Shown here one piece after another: positions 1 through 8,449 of a DNA stretch of 48,282 bases (its first letter is position 1; each line of letters begins with the position of its first letter). The notes under the pieces are model-generated. The model had not been told where the DNA came from, did no database searches, and worked only from the letters and a program-made list of their open reading frames with translations. The stretch is from an uncultured Anaerolineaceae bacterium. Its GTDB lineage: Bacteria > Chloroflexota > Limnocylindria > Limnocylindrales > CSP1-4. Made by a program: the position numbers and the translations under genes. The DNA lies in the NCBI GenBank assembly GCA_964650135.1, contig CAZYTQ010000005.1:6887-55168 (forward strand). Reading direction: 5' to 3'.

Positions 1-9
1 CGCAGACAC

Positions 10-1146
10 ATGACCGACCAGGTGCTCGGATCGGCTGTCACGCCTTCGGGCGCTGCCGTGCCCTCGGCCCCAGACACGCCGTTGCTCGCCGTGCGTGGCG
101 TCAGCCGGACCTTCGGCGACGTGCACGCGCTCATCGATGTCTCGCTCGACATCCGTCAGAACGAGTTCTTCGCGCTGCTCGGGCCGTCCGGCTGTGGCAA
201 GACCACCCTGCTGCGCATCCTCGCGGGCTTCGAGCACCCCGACGCCGGGAGCGTCACGCTCGGCGGCACGGATCTGCTGGCGCTGCCGCCGGAGAGACGA
301 CCGGTCAACCTCATGTTCCAGTCCTATGCGCTATTCCCCCACATGTCCGTGGAGCGGAACGTCGCGTATGGCCTCGAGCGGGAGGGCAGGCCGAAGGACG
401 AGGTCCAGGCACGCGTCGCCGAGGTGCTGCAGGTCGTGGGCATCAGCGAGACCGCGCGCCGCCGACCGTCGCAGCTCTCGGGTGGGCAACGTCAGCGGGT
501 GGCGCTCGCGCGGGCGATCGTGAAGCGTCCCCGGCTGCTGCTACTCGACGAGCCGCTCTCCGCGCTCGACCGCAAGGTGCGCGGCGAGATGCAGCTGGAG
601 CTCAAGCGGCTCCAGCACGAGGTGGGCATCACGTTCGTGGTCGTGACGCACGATCAGGAGGAGGCGATGTCCATGGCCGACCGCATCGCCGTGTTCCAGC
701 GTGGTCGGGTGGAGCAGGTCGATGCCCCCGTGGAGCTGTACCAGCGTCCCCGGAGCCTGTTCGTGGCCCGCTTCATCGGCAACAACGACCTCTTCGAGGG
801 GGTGGCCGCCGATGGCGGCGTGGTCGTGGATGGCGTGGGGTCCCTGCCCGCAGCGTCGGTCGACGTCGCGCCAGGCGAGCCGGCCTGGCTGGGGATCCGC
901 CCCGAGCATGTGCGGGTCGTCGAGCCTGGGGCCCCGGGCGCGATCCTGGCTGGCGTCATCGCCGACACCCAGTTCCAGGGCGGCCTGTCGACGTTGGCGG
1001 TCGACGTGCCCGGGCTGACCGCACCCGTGCTCGTCACGCAACAGGGCGTCGCCCGGCTCGAGCGAGGCACCCCGGTCGGGCTGACCTGGGATCCGGCGCG
1101 CAGCGTGGTCATCCCCGACGAACGGCCACCCGTCGGGAGCCGCTGA
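10..1146 (+). CDS. potA: ABC transporter ATP-binding protein, spermidine/putrescine-importer (PotA/CysA) type
   Basis: 378-aa ORF. Walker A GPSGCGKTT, signature [14 protein letters not shown], Walker B LLLLDEPLSALD, H-loop VTHDQEEA. The MFQSYALFPHMSV block and the C-terminal TOBE-like tail are typical of PotA-type importers. Confidence 0.88.
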   Translation: MTDQVLGSAVTPSGAAVPSAPDTPLLAVRGVSRTFGDVHALIDVSLDIRQNEFFALLGPSGCGKTTLLRILAGFEHPDAGSVTLGGTDLLALPPERRPVNLMFQSYALFPHMSVERNVAYGLEREGRPKDEVQARVAEVLQVVGISETARRRPSQLSGGQRQRVALARAIVKRPRLLLLDEPLSALDRKVRGEMQLELKRLQHEVGITFVVVTHDQEEAMSMADRIAVFQRGRVEQVDAPVELYQRPRSLFVARFIGNNDLFEGVAADGGVVVDGVGSLPAASVDVAPGEPAWLGIRPEHVRVVEPGAPGAILAGVIADTQFQGGLSTLAVDVPGLTAPVLVTQQGVARLERGTPVGLTWDPARSVVIPDERPPVGSR

Positions 1147-1184
1147 ACCATCGCCCGCCGTCGCGAGCCCACCAGTCGCCAGGG

Positions 1185-1549
1185 TCACAGGTTCACCGAA
1201 CGACGTCGCTCCCGCGACAGGGCATCCAGCCGGCCCGCGAGGACCTCGATCGAGCGCTCCGCGATCGAGGGATGCGACACGTTCGTCGCGCGATGCCTTG
1301 TCGATCGTGATGATGGCCGAGACGTCGGCGACCGACGGACGTGGCAAGCCGGTCCGCTCGGGATCCAGGCTGATGTTGCCGCTGGCCCGTGCCATCCGCG
1401 TGCTGCTGGTCAGAGCACACAGACGACCGTCCGGATCGTGCCGCGGTCGAACACCTCACCCTGGATCACCAGGACGGGTCGGCGGTGTCCCGGACCGGAG
1501 CAGGCAGGGTCGCCGAGGTCCGCCACCAGATGTCTCCCAGGGAGATCAC
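1185..1549 (-). pseudogene. MazF/PemK-family mRNA-interferase toxin remnant, split over three reading frames
   Basis: The GTG at 1549 overlaps the upstream antitoxin stop (GTGA). Frame 1 reads VISLGDIWW. After an apparent 1-nt loss near 1522-1523, frame 2 reads ADLGDPACSGPGHRRPVLVIQGEVFDRGTIRTVVCVL and stops at 1410-1412. After an apparent 2-nt CT gain near 1411-1415, frame 3 reads TSSTRMARASGNISLDPERTGLPRPSVADVSAIITIDKASRDERVASL. A third shift near 1245-1250 may lead to the stop at 1185-1187. Joined together, the pieces follow the MazF layout (GDIWWxDLG..GRRPVLVIQ..). Confidence 0.5.
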
Positions 1550-1743
1550 CGCTCCGTCGACTCGAGCGCGCGCCGGCCGGCGTCCTTGACGAAGGGGTCG
1601 ATCCGGGCGTCCTCGCCCAGCTCCTCGACGAGCGCGTCCAGATCCGCCGTGATCCGGTCGGGCGCGTGTCGGGCGACATCCTCACGGACCGCAGTGCTGT
1701 ACGGCTCGCTCCGCGATCTGCCGCACGGCTTGACGCGCCGCAC
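1546..1743 (-). CDS. Putative MazE-like (ribbon-helix-helix type) antitoxin
   Basis: Intact 65-aa ORF directly upstream of the MazF remnant, with a 4-nt GTGA overlap. The C-terminal half DLDALVEELGEDARIDPFVKDAGRRALE resembles RHH antitoxin helices. The assignment rests mainly on position. Confidence 0.4.
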   Translation of the reverse strand: MRRVKPCGRSRSEPYSTAVREDVARHAPDRITADLDALVEELGEDARIDPFVKDAGRRALESTER

Positions 1744-1811
1744 GTCGCCCGATTGAATGCATCGGCGAGCCCAGCCGCCGCACCCGACCAGCCACCGCCC
1801 AAGGAGGACGC

Positions 1812-3131
1812 ATGCCCTCGCCCCTCACGATCCTGTTCATGCCCGAGTCCGCGTACGGACCTACCAACAACTGCGTGGGTATCGGGCGGAAGCTGGTCGA
1901 GCGGGGCCATCGCGTGGTGTTCGCGGCGGAGGCGAGCTGGACGGGCAAGCTGTCACCCATGGGCTTCGTGGAGGACCTGGTGGACCTCGCGCCCCCGCCG
2001 GACGCGGGATCGGACGCCCCCCAGGACGCGGGGCAGTTCTGGAAGGACTTCATCCGGGACACCGCGCCCGAGTTCCGCAAGCCGACGATCGATCAGCTGG
2101 CCACGTTCATGGCACCGACCTGGCAGGCGCTCATCGATGGTGCGAGGTACTGCGAGCCACAGCTGCGCGAGATCCTCGCGCGCCAGGCGCCGGACGTGAT
2201 CGTCGAGGACAACGTGGTGTGCTTCCCGGCGCTCGTGACCCACGACGCGCCGTTCGTGCGCATCGTGTCCTGCAACCCGCTGGAGGTGCCGGGGCCGGAC
2301 ATCGCACCCGCCTACTCCGGGCTGCCGGCCGCCGACCGCTCGGAGTGGGGGCCGTTCCGGGCCGAGTACGACCGGACCCATCGATCGATGTGGGCCGACT
2401 TCGATGACTGGGTCCAGGCACAGGGAGCACCCGCCCTGCCCGACCTCGAGTTCATCCACGCCTCGGCGCATCTGAACCTGTATGTCTACCCGGAGCCACT
2501 CGACTACACGGACGCGCGTCCGCTCGACGCGACCTGGCACCGCCTGGGATCGAGCGTCCGGACCACGGATGCGCCGTTCGAGCTGCCGTCGGAGGTCGCC
2601 GATCGGCCCACGGACAGCGCGCTCATCTACCTCTCGCTGGGATCGCTCGGCAGCGCCGACGTGGAGCTCATGCGTCGGCTCGTGGACGCGCTCGGTCGGA
2701 CCCGTCATCGGTTCATCGTGTCCAAGGGGCCGCAGCACCCGGAGTACGAGCTCGCGGACAACATGTGGGGCGCGGAGTTCCTGCCCCAGACGTCCATCGT
2801 CCCGCAGGTGGACCTGGTCATCACCCACGGCGGCAACAACACGACCACCGAGGCGTTCCACTTCGGTAAGCCCATGATCCTGCTGCCCCTGTTCTGGGAC
2901 CAGTACGACAACGCCCAGCGGGTCGACGAGTCCGGCTTCGGCGTGCGCCTGGCCACGTACGCGTTCACGGACGCGGAGATGCATGGTGCGATCGAGCGGC
3001 TGCTCGGGGACGCTGCGCTCCGTGAGCGCCTGGCGGTCGAGTCCGCGCGGGTGCGGGTGGCGGATGGCGTGACGCGTGCCGCCGACCTCATCGAGCAGCT
3101 CGGACCGCGGACCGCCGGGTCGCGAGGCTGA
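1812..3131 (+). CDS. GT1-family UDP-glycosyltransferase (MGT/OleD-like)
   Basis: 439-aa ORF with AAGGAGG 6 nt upstream of the ATG. The C-terminal nucleotide-sugar motif ITHGGNNTTTEAFHFGKPMILLPLFWDQYDNAQRV is characteristic of GT1 macrolide-type glycosyltransferases. Confidence 0.85.
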   Translation: MPSPLTILFMPESAYGPTNNCVGIGRKLVERGHRVVFAAEASWTGKLSPMGFVEDLVDLAPPPDAGSDAPQDAGQFWKDFIRDTAPEFRKPTIDQLATFMAPTWQALIDGARYCEPQLREILARQAPDVIVEDNVVCFPALVTHDAPFVRIVSCNPLEVPGPDIAPAYSGLPAADRSEWGPFRAEYDRTHRSMWADFDDWVQAQGAPALPDLEFIHASAHLNLYVYPEPLDYTDARPLDATWHRLGSSVRTTDAPFELPSEVADRPTDSALIYLSLGSLGSADVELMRRLVDALGRTRHRFIVSKGPQHPEYELADNMWGAEFLPQTSIVPQVDLVITHGGNNTTTEAFHFGKPMILLPLFWDQYDNAQRVDESGFGVRLATYAFTDAEMHGAIERLLGDAALRERLAVESARVRVADGVTRAADLIEQLGPRTAGSRG

Positions 3132-3218
3132 TCCTCGCGGCGGGGATGTCCGCGAGATGGCTCGCAGGTCGCGGCCGGGGGCCCGGTCGTGTCCGCGGTA
3201 TGGCGGTATGGTGATGGT

Positions 3219-3532
3219 ATGGCAGCCATCAGGATGACCTTCAGCCTGGATGCGGCGACATCCCGCAGCCTCCGCGAGGCTGCGGAGTCATCGGGCAAGC
3301 CCAGGAGCGAGGTCGTGCGCGCGGCGATCCTGGACCATGCCGAACGCGTGGGACGCCTGACGGAGGCTGCGCGGTGGCGACGGCTGAGCGGCGGCGACGG
3401 CTGAGCGTGTTCGACGAGATGCTGGCCGCGCGTCCCGTGGGAGATGGAGCGGCCGTCGATCATGAGCTGGCTGCCGTCCGGCGAGCACGCCGAGGTGGCG
3501 GGCGTGCCACGGGCCCGACCGATCCGAGGTGA
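3219..3532 (+). pseudogene. VapB-like ribbon-helix-helix antitoxin, C-terminal half displaced by a 17-bp tandem duplication
   Basis: The N-terminus MAAIRMTFSLDAATSRSLREAAESSGKPRSEVVRAAILDH is a typical RHH fold. The frame terminates at 3402-3404, inside the second copy of a 17-bp duplication. Removing one copy restores RRLSVFDEMLAARPVGDGAAVDHELAAVRRARRGGGRATGPTDPR, ending at TGA 3530-3532, which overlaps the vapC GTG (GTGA). Confidence 0.6.
3374..3407. repeat. 17-bp tandem duplication (16/17 identical) inside the vapB-like gene
   Basis: gtggcgacggctgagcg (3374-3390) is followed directly by gcggcgacggctgagcg (3391-3407). The core ggcgacggctgagcg is identical in both copies. Confidence 0.8.
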
Positions 3533-3920
3533 TCATCGTCGACACATCGCGCTCATCGACAGCCTCGTCGGACCCAGGCGTTCCGCGCCCCGGATGCGGC
3601 GGTTCATCGAGGACGGCGAGCGGCTGGTCGTCCCTGCGCTGGTGCTCTACGAATGGTGGCGCGGCCCCCGTTCGGCGGAGGAGCTCGCGGTGCAGGAGGC
3701 ACTCCTTCCGAGCGAGGACGCACCGGCGTTCGGGTCGGAGCTGGCCGGCCTGGCCGCGCGCCTCTATCGCGACGTCCGTCGGCCGCGCGGCCGCGAGGTG
3801 GACCTGGCCATCGCGGCGCACGCGATCGGTCGGCGCGCCGCCTTGTGGACCCTCAGCATCGGCGACTTCGCCGACATCCCGGGATTGACCGTGGTACCGA
3901 ACGTGGAGGCGAGGCGGTGA
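3529..3920 (+). pseudogene. VapC-type PIN-domain toxin with a 1-nt frameshift after codon 7
   Basis: GTG 3529 gives VIIVDTS, which carries the first catalytic Asp. The frame then shifts. The frame of ORF 3444..3920 continues ALIDSLVGPR...LVVPALVLYEWW...REVDLAIAAHAIGRRAALWTLSIGDFADIPGL, a full PIN-domain layout. The two frames share base G3549, consistent with loss of a single G. Confidence 0.7.
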
Positions 3921-5362
3921 TCATCGACGGGCAGGAGGCTCGCGGCGGTGGAGGCACGCGGGTCCTGATCGACCCGGCCACGGAGCAGCCCGTCGCGAAG
4001 GTGGTGGACGCCACGGCCGCGGACGTGGATCGGGCCGTCGCGGTGGCACGTGCCGCCCAGCCGGCGTGGGCCGAACGGACGCCAGGTGAGCGTTCGCTCG
4101 TGCTGCTCCGGCTCGCGGACCTGTGCGAGGCCCACGCGGACGAGCTGTCGCGCCTCGAGATGGAGGACAGCGGCAAGCCGTGGGCCACGATGCGCGATGG
4201 TGAGCTGCCCTTCGCGATCGACAACCTGCGCTTCTTCGCGGGTGCCGCGCGATCGCTGGATGGCACGGGCGCCGGGATCCTCTCGAAGGGCTACACGTCG
4301 CTGTTGCTGCGCCGGCCGATCGGTGTGGTGGGAGCCATCGCGCCCTGGAACTTCCCGTTCATCATGGCGGTCTGGAAGCTCGGACCGGCGCTCGCCGCGG
4401 GCAATGCCGCGGTCATCAAGCCGGCATCCCGGACGCCGCGCTCGACCCTCCTGTTGGCGCGGCTCGCCCTGGAGGCGGGCGTCCCGGCGGGCGTGCTCAA
4501 CGTGGTGACCGGCAGCGTCGACGTGGGAGAGGCGCTGGTGCGGCATCCGGGCGTGGACATGGTCACGGTCACGGGCTCGACCGCGACCGGTCGGCGGGTC
4601 ATGGAAGGTGCCGTGCCCGGGGTCAAGCGGCTTGCCCTGGAGCTGGGTGGCAAGGCACCGTCGCTCGCGTTCGAGGACGCGGACATCGCCGCGATGGCGC
4701 GGGCGGTGGCGCTCGGCGCGACCTACAACAGCGGCCAGGACTGCACCGCCGCGACCCGGGTGTACATCCAGCGCAGCCGCTTCGACGAGGCGGTCGATGC
4801 GCTCCGCGAGCGACTCGCGGCCATCCGCGTCGGGGCGCCGGATGACCCATCGACGGACATCGGTCCCCTGGTGTCCGCAGAGCATCGGGACGCGGTCGCC
4901 GGGTTCGTGGCCCGGGCACGGTCCGCTGGTGCGGAGGCGCTGACGGGTGGCGCGCCCCTGGACGGGCCAGGTGCGTGGTTCCCGCCGACGCTGCTCGTGG
5001 GGGCGGCGCAGGACAGCGAGATCGTCCAGGGCGAGGTCTTCGGCCCGGTGCTGGTGGCGCTCCCGTTCGAGGACGAGGCGGACGCGGTCCGGCTCGCCAA
5101 TGACACGCCATATGGCCTCGCGTCCTCGGTCTGGACACGGGACGTGTCGCGGGCGCTGCGGGTGAGCCATCGGCTGGATGTCGGGGTCACGTGGGTGAAC
5201 GACCACCTGCCCATCGCGTCAGAGGCACCCCATGGTGGCGTGAAGGGGAGCGGTTTCGGCAAGGAGATGAGCCAGGAGTCGCTGCTCGAGTACTCCGTGA
5301 CGCGACATCTCATGATCCGTCACGAGGCACCACCGGAGCACGAGGGCTTCCGGCCGGCCTGA
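3917..5362 (+). CDS. NAD(P)-dependent aldehyde dehydrogenase (aminobutyraldehyde/betaine-aldehyde dehydrogenase-like)
   Basis: The GTG at 3917 overlaps the vapC stop (GTGA) and gives a 481-aa product of normal ALDH length. The N-terminus VIIDGQEA..LIDPATEQPVAKV, catalytic Glu LELGGKAP and catalytic Cys GQDCTAATR fit the family. The longer 569-aa ORF extension is Arg/Gly-rich and overlaps vapC. Confidence 0.9.
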   Translation: MIIDGQEARGGGGTRVLIDPATEQPVAKVVDATAADVDRAVAVARAAQPAWAERTPGERSLVLLRLADLCEAHADELSRLEMEDSGKPWATMRDGELPFAIDNLRFFAGAARSLDGTGAGILSKGYTSLLLRRPIGVVGAIAPWNFPFIMAVWKLGPALAAGNAAVIKPASRTPRSTLLLARLALEAGVPAGVLNVVTGSVDVGEALVRHPGVDMVTVTGSTATGRRVMEGAVPGVKRLALELGGKAPSLAFEDADIAAMARAVALGATYNSGQDCTAATRVYIQRSRFDEAVDALRERLAAIRVGAPDDPSTDIGPLVSAEHRDAVAGFVARARSAGAEALTGGAPLDGPGAWFPPTLLVGAAQDSEIVQGEVFGPVLVALPFEDEADAVRLANDTPYGLASSVWTRDVSRALRVSHRLDVGVTWVNDHLPIASEAPHGGVKGSGFGKEMSQESLLEYSVTRHLMIRHEAPPEHEGFRPA

Positions 5363-5411
5363 CCCCGTGGGTGTCCGTGCCCGGTCACGGGCCAGTCCAG
5401 GTGGGGACCCA

Positions 5412-5648
5412 TCACGCCTTGGCGTCGGAGCCCAGACGTGGGAACGGCTGGAGCCCGAACACCACCTCGACCGGGACCTCGAAGTAGGCCGCGATCCGGA
5501 GGGCGAGGAAGAGACTCGGGCTGAACTCGCCCCGCTCCAGATAGCCGATGGTCTGGTAGTGGACCCCCAGGGCGTCCGCGAGCTGGCGCCGGCTGACGCG
5601 ACGCTCCGCACGAAGCATCGCGATGCGGTTGTGGACGACGTCGGTCAT
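5412..5648 (-). CDS. XRE-family helix-turn-helix transcriptional regulator
   Basis: 78-aa ORF. IAMLRAERRVSRRQLADALGVHYQTIGYLERGEFSPSLFLALRIAAYFEVPVEVVF is a canonical Cro/C1-type HTH. Confidence 0.85.
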   Translation of the reverse strand: MTDVVHNRIAMLRAERRVSRRQLADALGVHYQTIGYLERGEFSPSLFLALRIAAYFEVPVEVVFGLQPFPRLGSDAKA

Positions 5649-5719
5649 CCGTCAGCCCCGGGACGACGGATGCGCGACGTGCATGACCGCCGCGACCGCG
5701 GCATGGTCCGCCGGGTGCC

Positions 5720-6571
5720 TCACCCGCGCTGGAGCGCACGTGTCCGGGCGCCCTCGACCGCGGAGCCGGACTCCCGAGCGGCCATCCTCCGGAGGATCCT
5801 GGGCGCCGCCAGGAGGCCCGCCACGGCCCAGGCGCCGAGGACCGCGAACGTCTCCAGCGGCCGCCACGACCCGTCCACCTCGAGCGCGACCGCCGCCTCC
5901 GGCAGGAACACCGAGCGCATCCCCAGGCCCAGCCAGTAGATCGGGAAGACCTGGGCGATGGCTGCGATCCACGCCGGCAGCTCCTGGATGGGGAACCAGA
6001 TGCCGGAGATGACGACGAGCACCGTGAGCACGATCACCCCGATGCTGAACACGAACCGGGGGTTCCGGATCATGGAGCCGATGATCAGTCCGATCGGGAT
6101 CATGGCGAGCAGGCCGAGCGCGATGAGGGCGCCCAGGACCAGCACGTCCGCTGGGCCGCCGAGTGACACCCCGGGCAGCAGGATGAGACCGCCGACGAGC
6201 ACGATGGCCACACCCACGAGGGTATCGAACGCGTCCTGGGTGACCCGACCGGTGACGTACCCGACCATCCCCGACGGCACGGACCTCATGCGCAACAGCG
6301 TCCCGTCCTCTCGCTCGAACGACAGGTAATAGGCGGGGTTGAGGACGGCACCGAACGCGATCATGGCGGCGACCGCACCGGGCATCGCGAAGACGGCGAG
6401 CGGCACGGCGGTGTCACCGACCACCGCGTCACCCATGAGCACGAACACGACCAGGGGGATGCAGCTGAAGATGAGGGTGTTGGCGGAGCCCTCCCTGGAC
6501 AGGAGGATCTGGAGGTACTGGGTCACGCCCCGGGAGAGGCCGGCTCGGATCGCATGCAGGGGGACGCTCAT
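5720..6571 (-). CDS. ABC-2 type transporter permease
   Basis: 283-aa ORF with about 6 hydrophobic helices. Its ATG overlaps the stop of the upstream ATPase (ATGA at 6568-6571). Confidence 0.8.
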   Translation of the reverse strand: MSVPLHAIRAGLSRGVTQYLQILLSREGSANTLIFSCIPLVVFVLMGDAVVGDTAVPLAVFAMPGAVAAMIAFGAVLNPAYYLSFEREDGTLLRMRSVPSGMVGYVTGRVTQDAFDTLVGVAIVLVGGLILLPGVSLGGPADVLVLGALIALGLLAMIPIGLIIGSMIRNPRFVFSIGVIVLTVLVVISGIWFPIQELPAWIAAIAQVFPIYWLGLGMRSVFLPEAAVALEVDGSWRPLETFAVLGAWAVAGLLAAPRILRRMAARESGSAVEGARTRALQRG

Positions 6572-7542
6572 GCCGCCGGCACCTCGCTCGAGTGGGCGAC
6601 TTCGTGGTCACGGACGAGGGTGAGATACGCGTCCTCCAGCGACGCGCGGCGCACCTCCAGGTCCGTCAACGCGTCGCCGTGGGTCGCGAGCAGCTGACGC
6701 ACGAAGGCGGCCGCGTCCGTGGTCGCGTGCACCTGCCGTTGCCCGTCGATCGTCCAGCGGACCTCGGAGGACGCCGAGGCCTGGAGCGACAGCGCGTCCG
6801 GGCTGCCCTCCGCGCGGACGCGGCCGCTCGCGAGGATGACGATGCGGTCCGCGAGGCGCTCCGCCTCCGCGAGGTCATGCGTGGTCAGGAGCACCGTCAT
6901 GCCCTCCAGGTCCGTGAGGCCGTGGATCATCTCGTGGAAGTCGCGCCGGGCCTCCGGGTCGAACCCGGCCGTGGGCTCATCGAGGAACAGCAGCTCCGGA
7001 CGCCCGACCAGGCCGATCGCGACGTCCAGTCGGCGACGCATGCCGCCAGAGAGCGTCGCCACCCGCTGACCCGCGGCGGCCGTGAGACCCACCAGCCCCA
7101 GCAGCTCGTCCGTGTCCATGGGCCGGCGCCGCTCCGCGCTCGACCATGGGGCGTAGAACCCGCCGAGATGGTGGAGCAGGTCTCGCACCCGCCACTTCGC
7201 ATGGTCTCGCCACGACTGGAGGACGACGCCCACCCGTGCCCGCCACACGTCGTCCGCGTGCCACGGATCCTGGCCCAGGACCAGGGCGGTCCCCGCGGAC
7301 GGACGGCGGATGCCCTCGAGGATCTCGACCAGGGTCGTCTTGCCGGCGCCATTCGGGCCCAGGATGACCACGACCTCCCCGTGGTCGATGCGCAGGTCGA
7401 CCCCATCGAGCGCGTCTCGCGTGCCGTAGCGCATCCGAAGGCCACGGCCATCGACCGCAGGGCGTGGGGCGGCGGCGTGGGCAGGGTGGCTGTGAAGCGC
7501 CGCGCCCACGTCCGGATCGACCAGTGGGGACATCCGCTGCAT
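6568..7542 (-). CDS. ABC transporter ATP-binding protein (DrrA/ABC-2 exporter type)
   Basis: Start chosen at ATG 7542, with AGGAGG upstream on the coding strand. Walker A GPNGAGKTTL, signature LSGGMRRRLDVA, Walker B LLFLDEPTAGFD. The N-terminal 132 codons of the 456-aa ORF are Arg/Ser-rich and unlikely to be real. Confidence 0.9.
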   Translation of the reverse strand: MQRMSPLVDPDVGAALHSHPAHAAAPRPAVDGRGLRMRYGTRDALDGVDLRIDHGEVVVILGPNGAGKTTLVEILEGIRRPSAGTALVLGQDPWHADDVWRARVGVVLQSWRDHAKWRVRDLLHHLGGFYAPWSSAERRRPMDTDELLGLVGLTAAAGQRVATLSGGMRRRLDVAIGLVGRPELLFLDEPTAGFDPEARRDFHEMIHGLTDLEGMTVLLTTHDLAEAERLADRIVILASGRVRAEGSPDALSLQASASSEVRWTIDGQRQVHATTDAAAFVRQLLATHGDALTDLEVRRASLEDAYLTLVRDHEVAHSSEVPAA

Positions 7543-7645
7543 GCAGCCTCCTGTCAAGTGTGTATCTACGACAGATGATAGCAGAACTACTACATCGACG
7601 TCACCATCGTCGGCCGGCCCAGCGGTCGGCCGGTATCCTCGGCTC

Positions 7646-8449
7646 GTGTCCGAGTCGTCCATCACCCTGCCCGACCTCGTGCGCGACGGCGTCCTCGGGG
7701 CTGACCTCGCGGCGCTGGTGTGGCTCATGGTGGAGGGCGGGTCACCGGTGATCGTGTCCGGCGTGGCGCCAGCCAGCGACCGCGAGATGGTGGCGCTGGG
7801 TACGCTCCGGGTCCCGCCGGCTGCCGTCGTGACGACCCTCGACGCGGACCGCGAGCGTCTTCGCGTCGCGGCGCTCGCTGCGCCCATGCGTGCCGGGGAG
7901 CGGCTTGCCGTCCTGGTGGCCGCCCCTGACCTGCGCACGGCGTTGGCACGGCTGACAGGCGATGCCCACGAGCTGCCCGAGGACGCCGTCCGACGCCTGG
8001 GGGTCGTGCTGGTGGTGGAGCGGGTGTCGCTCGTGGCGCGTCCCGGGCCGATCCGCGACGGCCTGCGGGTGCGTGCCGCGCACTACCTCCGGCCCGCCGA
8101 GCGTGACCCACAGGGCCACGTGCAGCGGCGGCCCCCCGCCGTGCTCGCGGAGTGGCGTGCGGACGAGGACGCGTTCGACGACTTCTCGTGGGGCGTCACG
8201 CCCGAGCTCGCCGACCGCGTGGACCGGAGCCAGGCCGATCTCGAGGATGCCATCGCGCGTCGTGCGACGGCGCTCCGGCGACTCGTGGCGGGCCAACCGG
8301 GTCCCGTCACCCTGGAGGCCGTGCTGGCGGCCGAGCCGCCACGGGTTGCCGCCCCCGCCCGCCCGGTCGCGACGCCGTCGCCCGTCGGTTCGCCGCTCAC
8401 CGACCCCCAGCCACACGAGCACGACCACGGGAAGCCACACGTCCACTGA
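7646..8449 (+). CDS. Hypothetical protein; possible degenerate CpaF/VirB11-type secretion-ATPase homologue lacking a P-loop
   Basis: GTG 7646 is in frame with ORF 7541..8449 and is preceded by TATCCT-N6. LVWLMVEGGSPVIVSGVAPASDREMVALG sits where such ATPases carry ..NILVSGGTGSGKTT... DLRTALARLTG...LPEDAVRRLGVVLVVERV resembles their C-terminal block. This similarity is judged from memory only. Confidence 0.5.
   Translation: MSESSITLPDLVRDGVLGADLAALVWLMVEGGSPVIVSGVAPASDREMVALGTLRVPPAAVVTTLDADRERLRVAALAAPMRAGERLAVLVAAPDLRTALARLTGDAHELPEDAVRRLGVVLVVERVSLVARPGPIRDGLRVRAAHYLRPAERDPQGHVQRRPPAVLAEWRADEDAFDDFSWGVTPELADRVDRSQADLEDAIARRATALRRLVAGQPGPVTLEAVLAAEPPRVAAPARPVATPSPVGSPLTDPQPHEHDHGKPHVH

Noticed and set aside
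3653-3916. An N-terminal 88-codon extension of the aldehyde dehydrogenase ORF.
   Set aside because: The extension is Arg/Gly-rich and overlaps the vapC coding region. GTG 3917 gives a normal-length ALDH with a typical N-terminus and a GTGA overlap with the vapC stop.
3764-5206. Long antisense ORFs lie opposite real genes. Examples are 3764..5206 -, 8995..10431 -, 14209..16383 -, 22213..24288 -, 24408..25760 -, 29284..30825 -, 39295..41715 - and 20456..22690 +.
   Set aside because: They are shadow ORFs expected at about 70% GC. They are Arg/Gly/Pro/His-rich, have no recognisable motifs, and each is fully covered by a motif-supported gene on the other strand.
5379-5392. The GCCCG-gtca-CGGGC hairpin between the convergent ALDH and XRE genes, as a bidirectional terminator.
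   Set aside because: It has only a 5-bp stem, which is easily produced by chance in GC-rich DNA. It is not reported as a feature.
7555-7600. A locally AT-richer patch (caagtgtgtatctacgacagatgatagcagaactactacatcgacg) between the divergent ABC ATPase and the 7646 gene, as an operator for the nearby XRE regulator.
   Set aside because: This is plausibly a promoter region, but I could not find a convincing inverted or direct repeat in it. No specific site can be supported.
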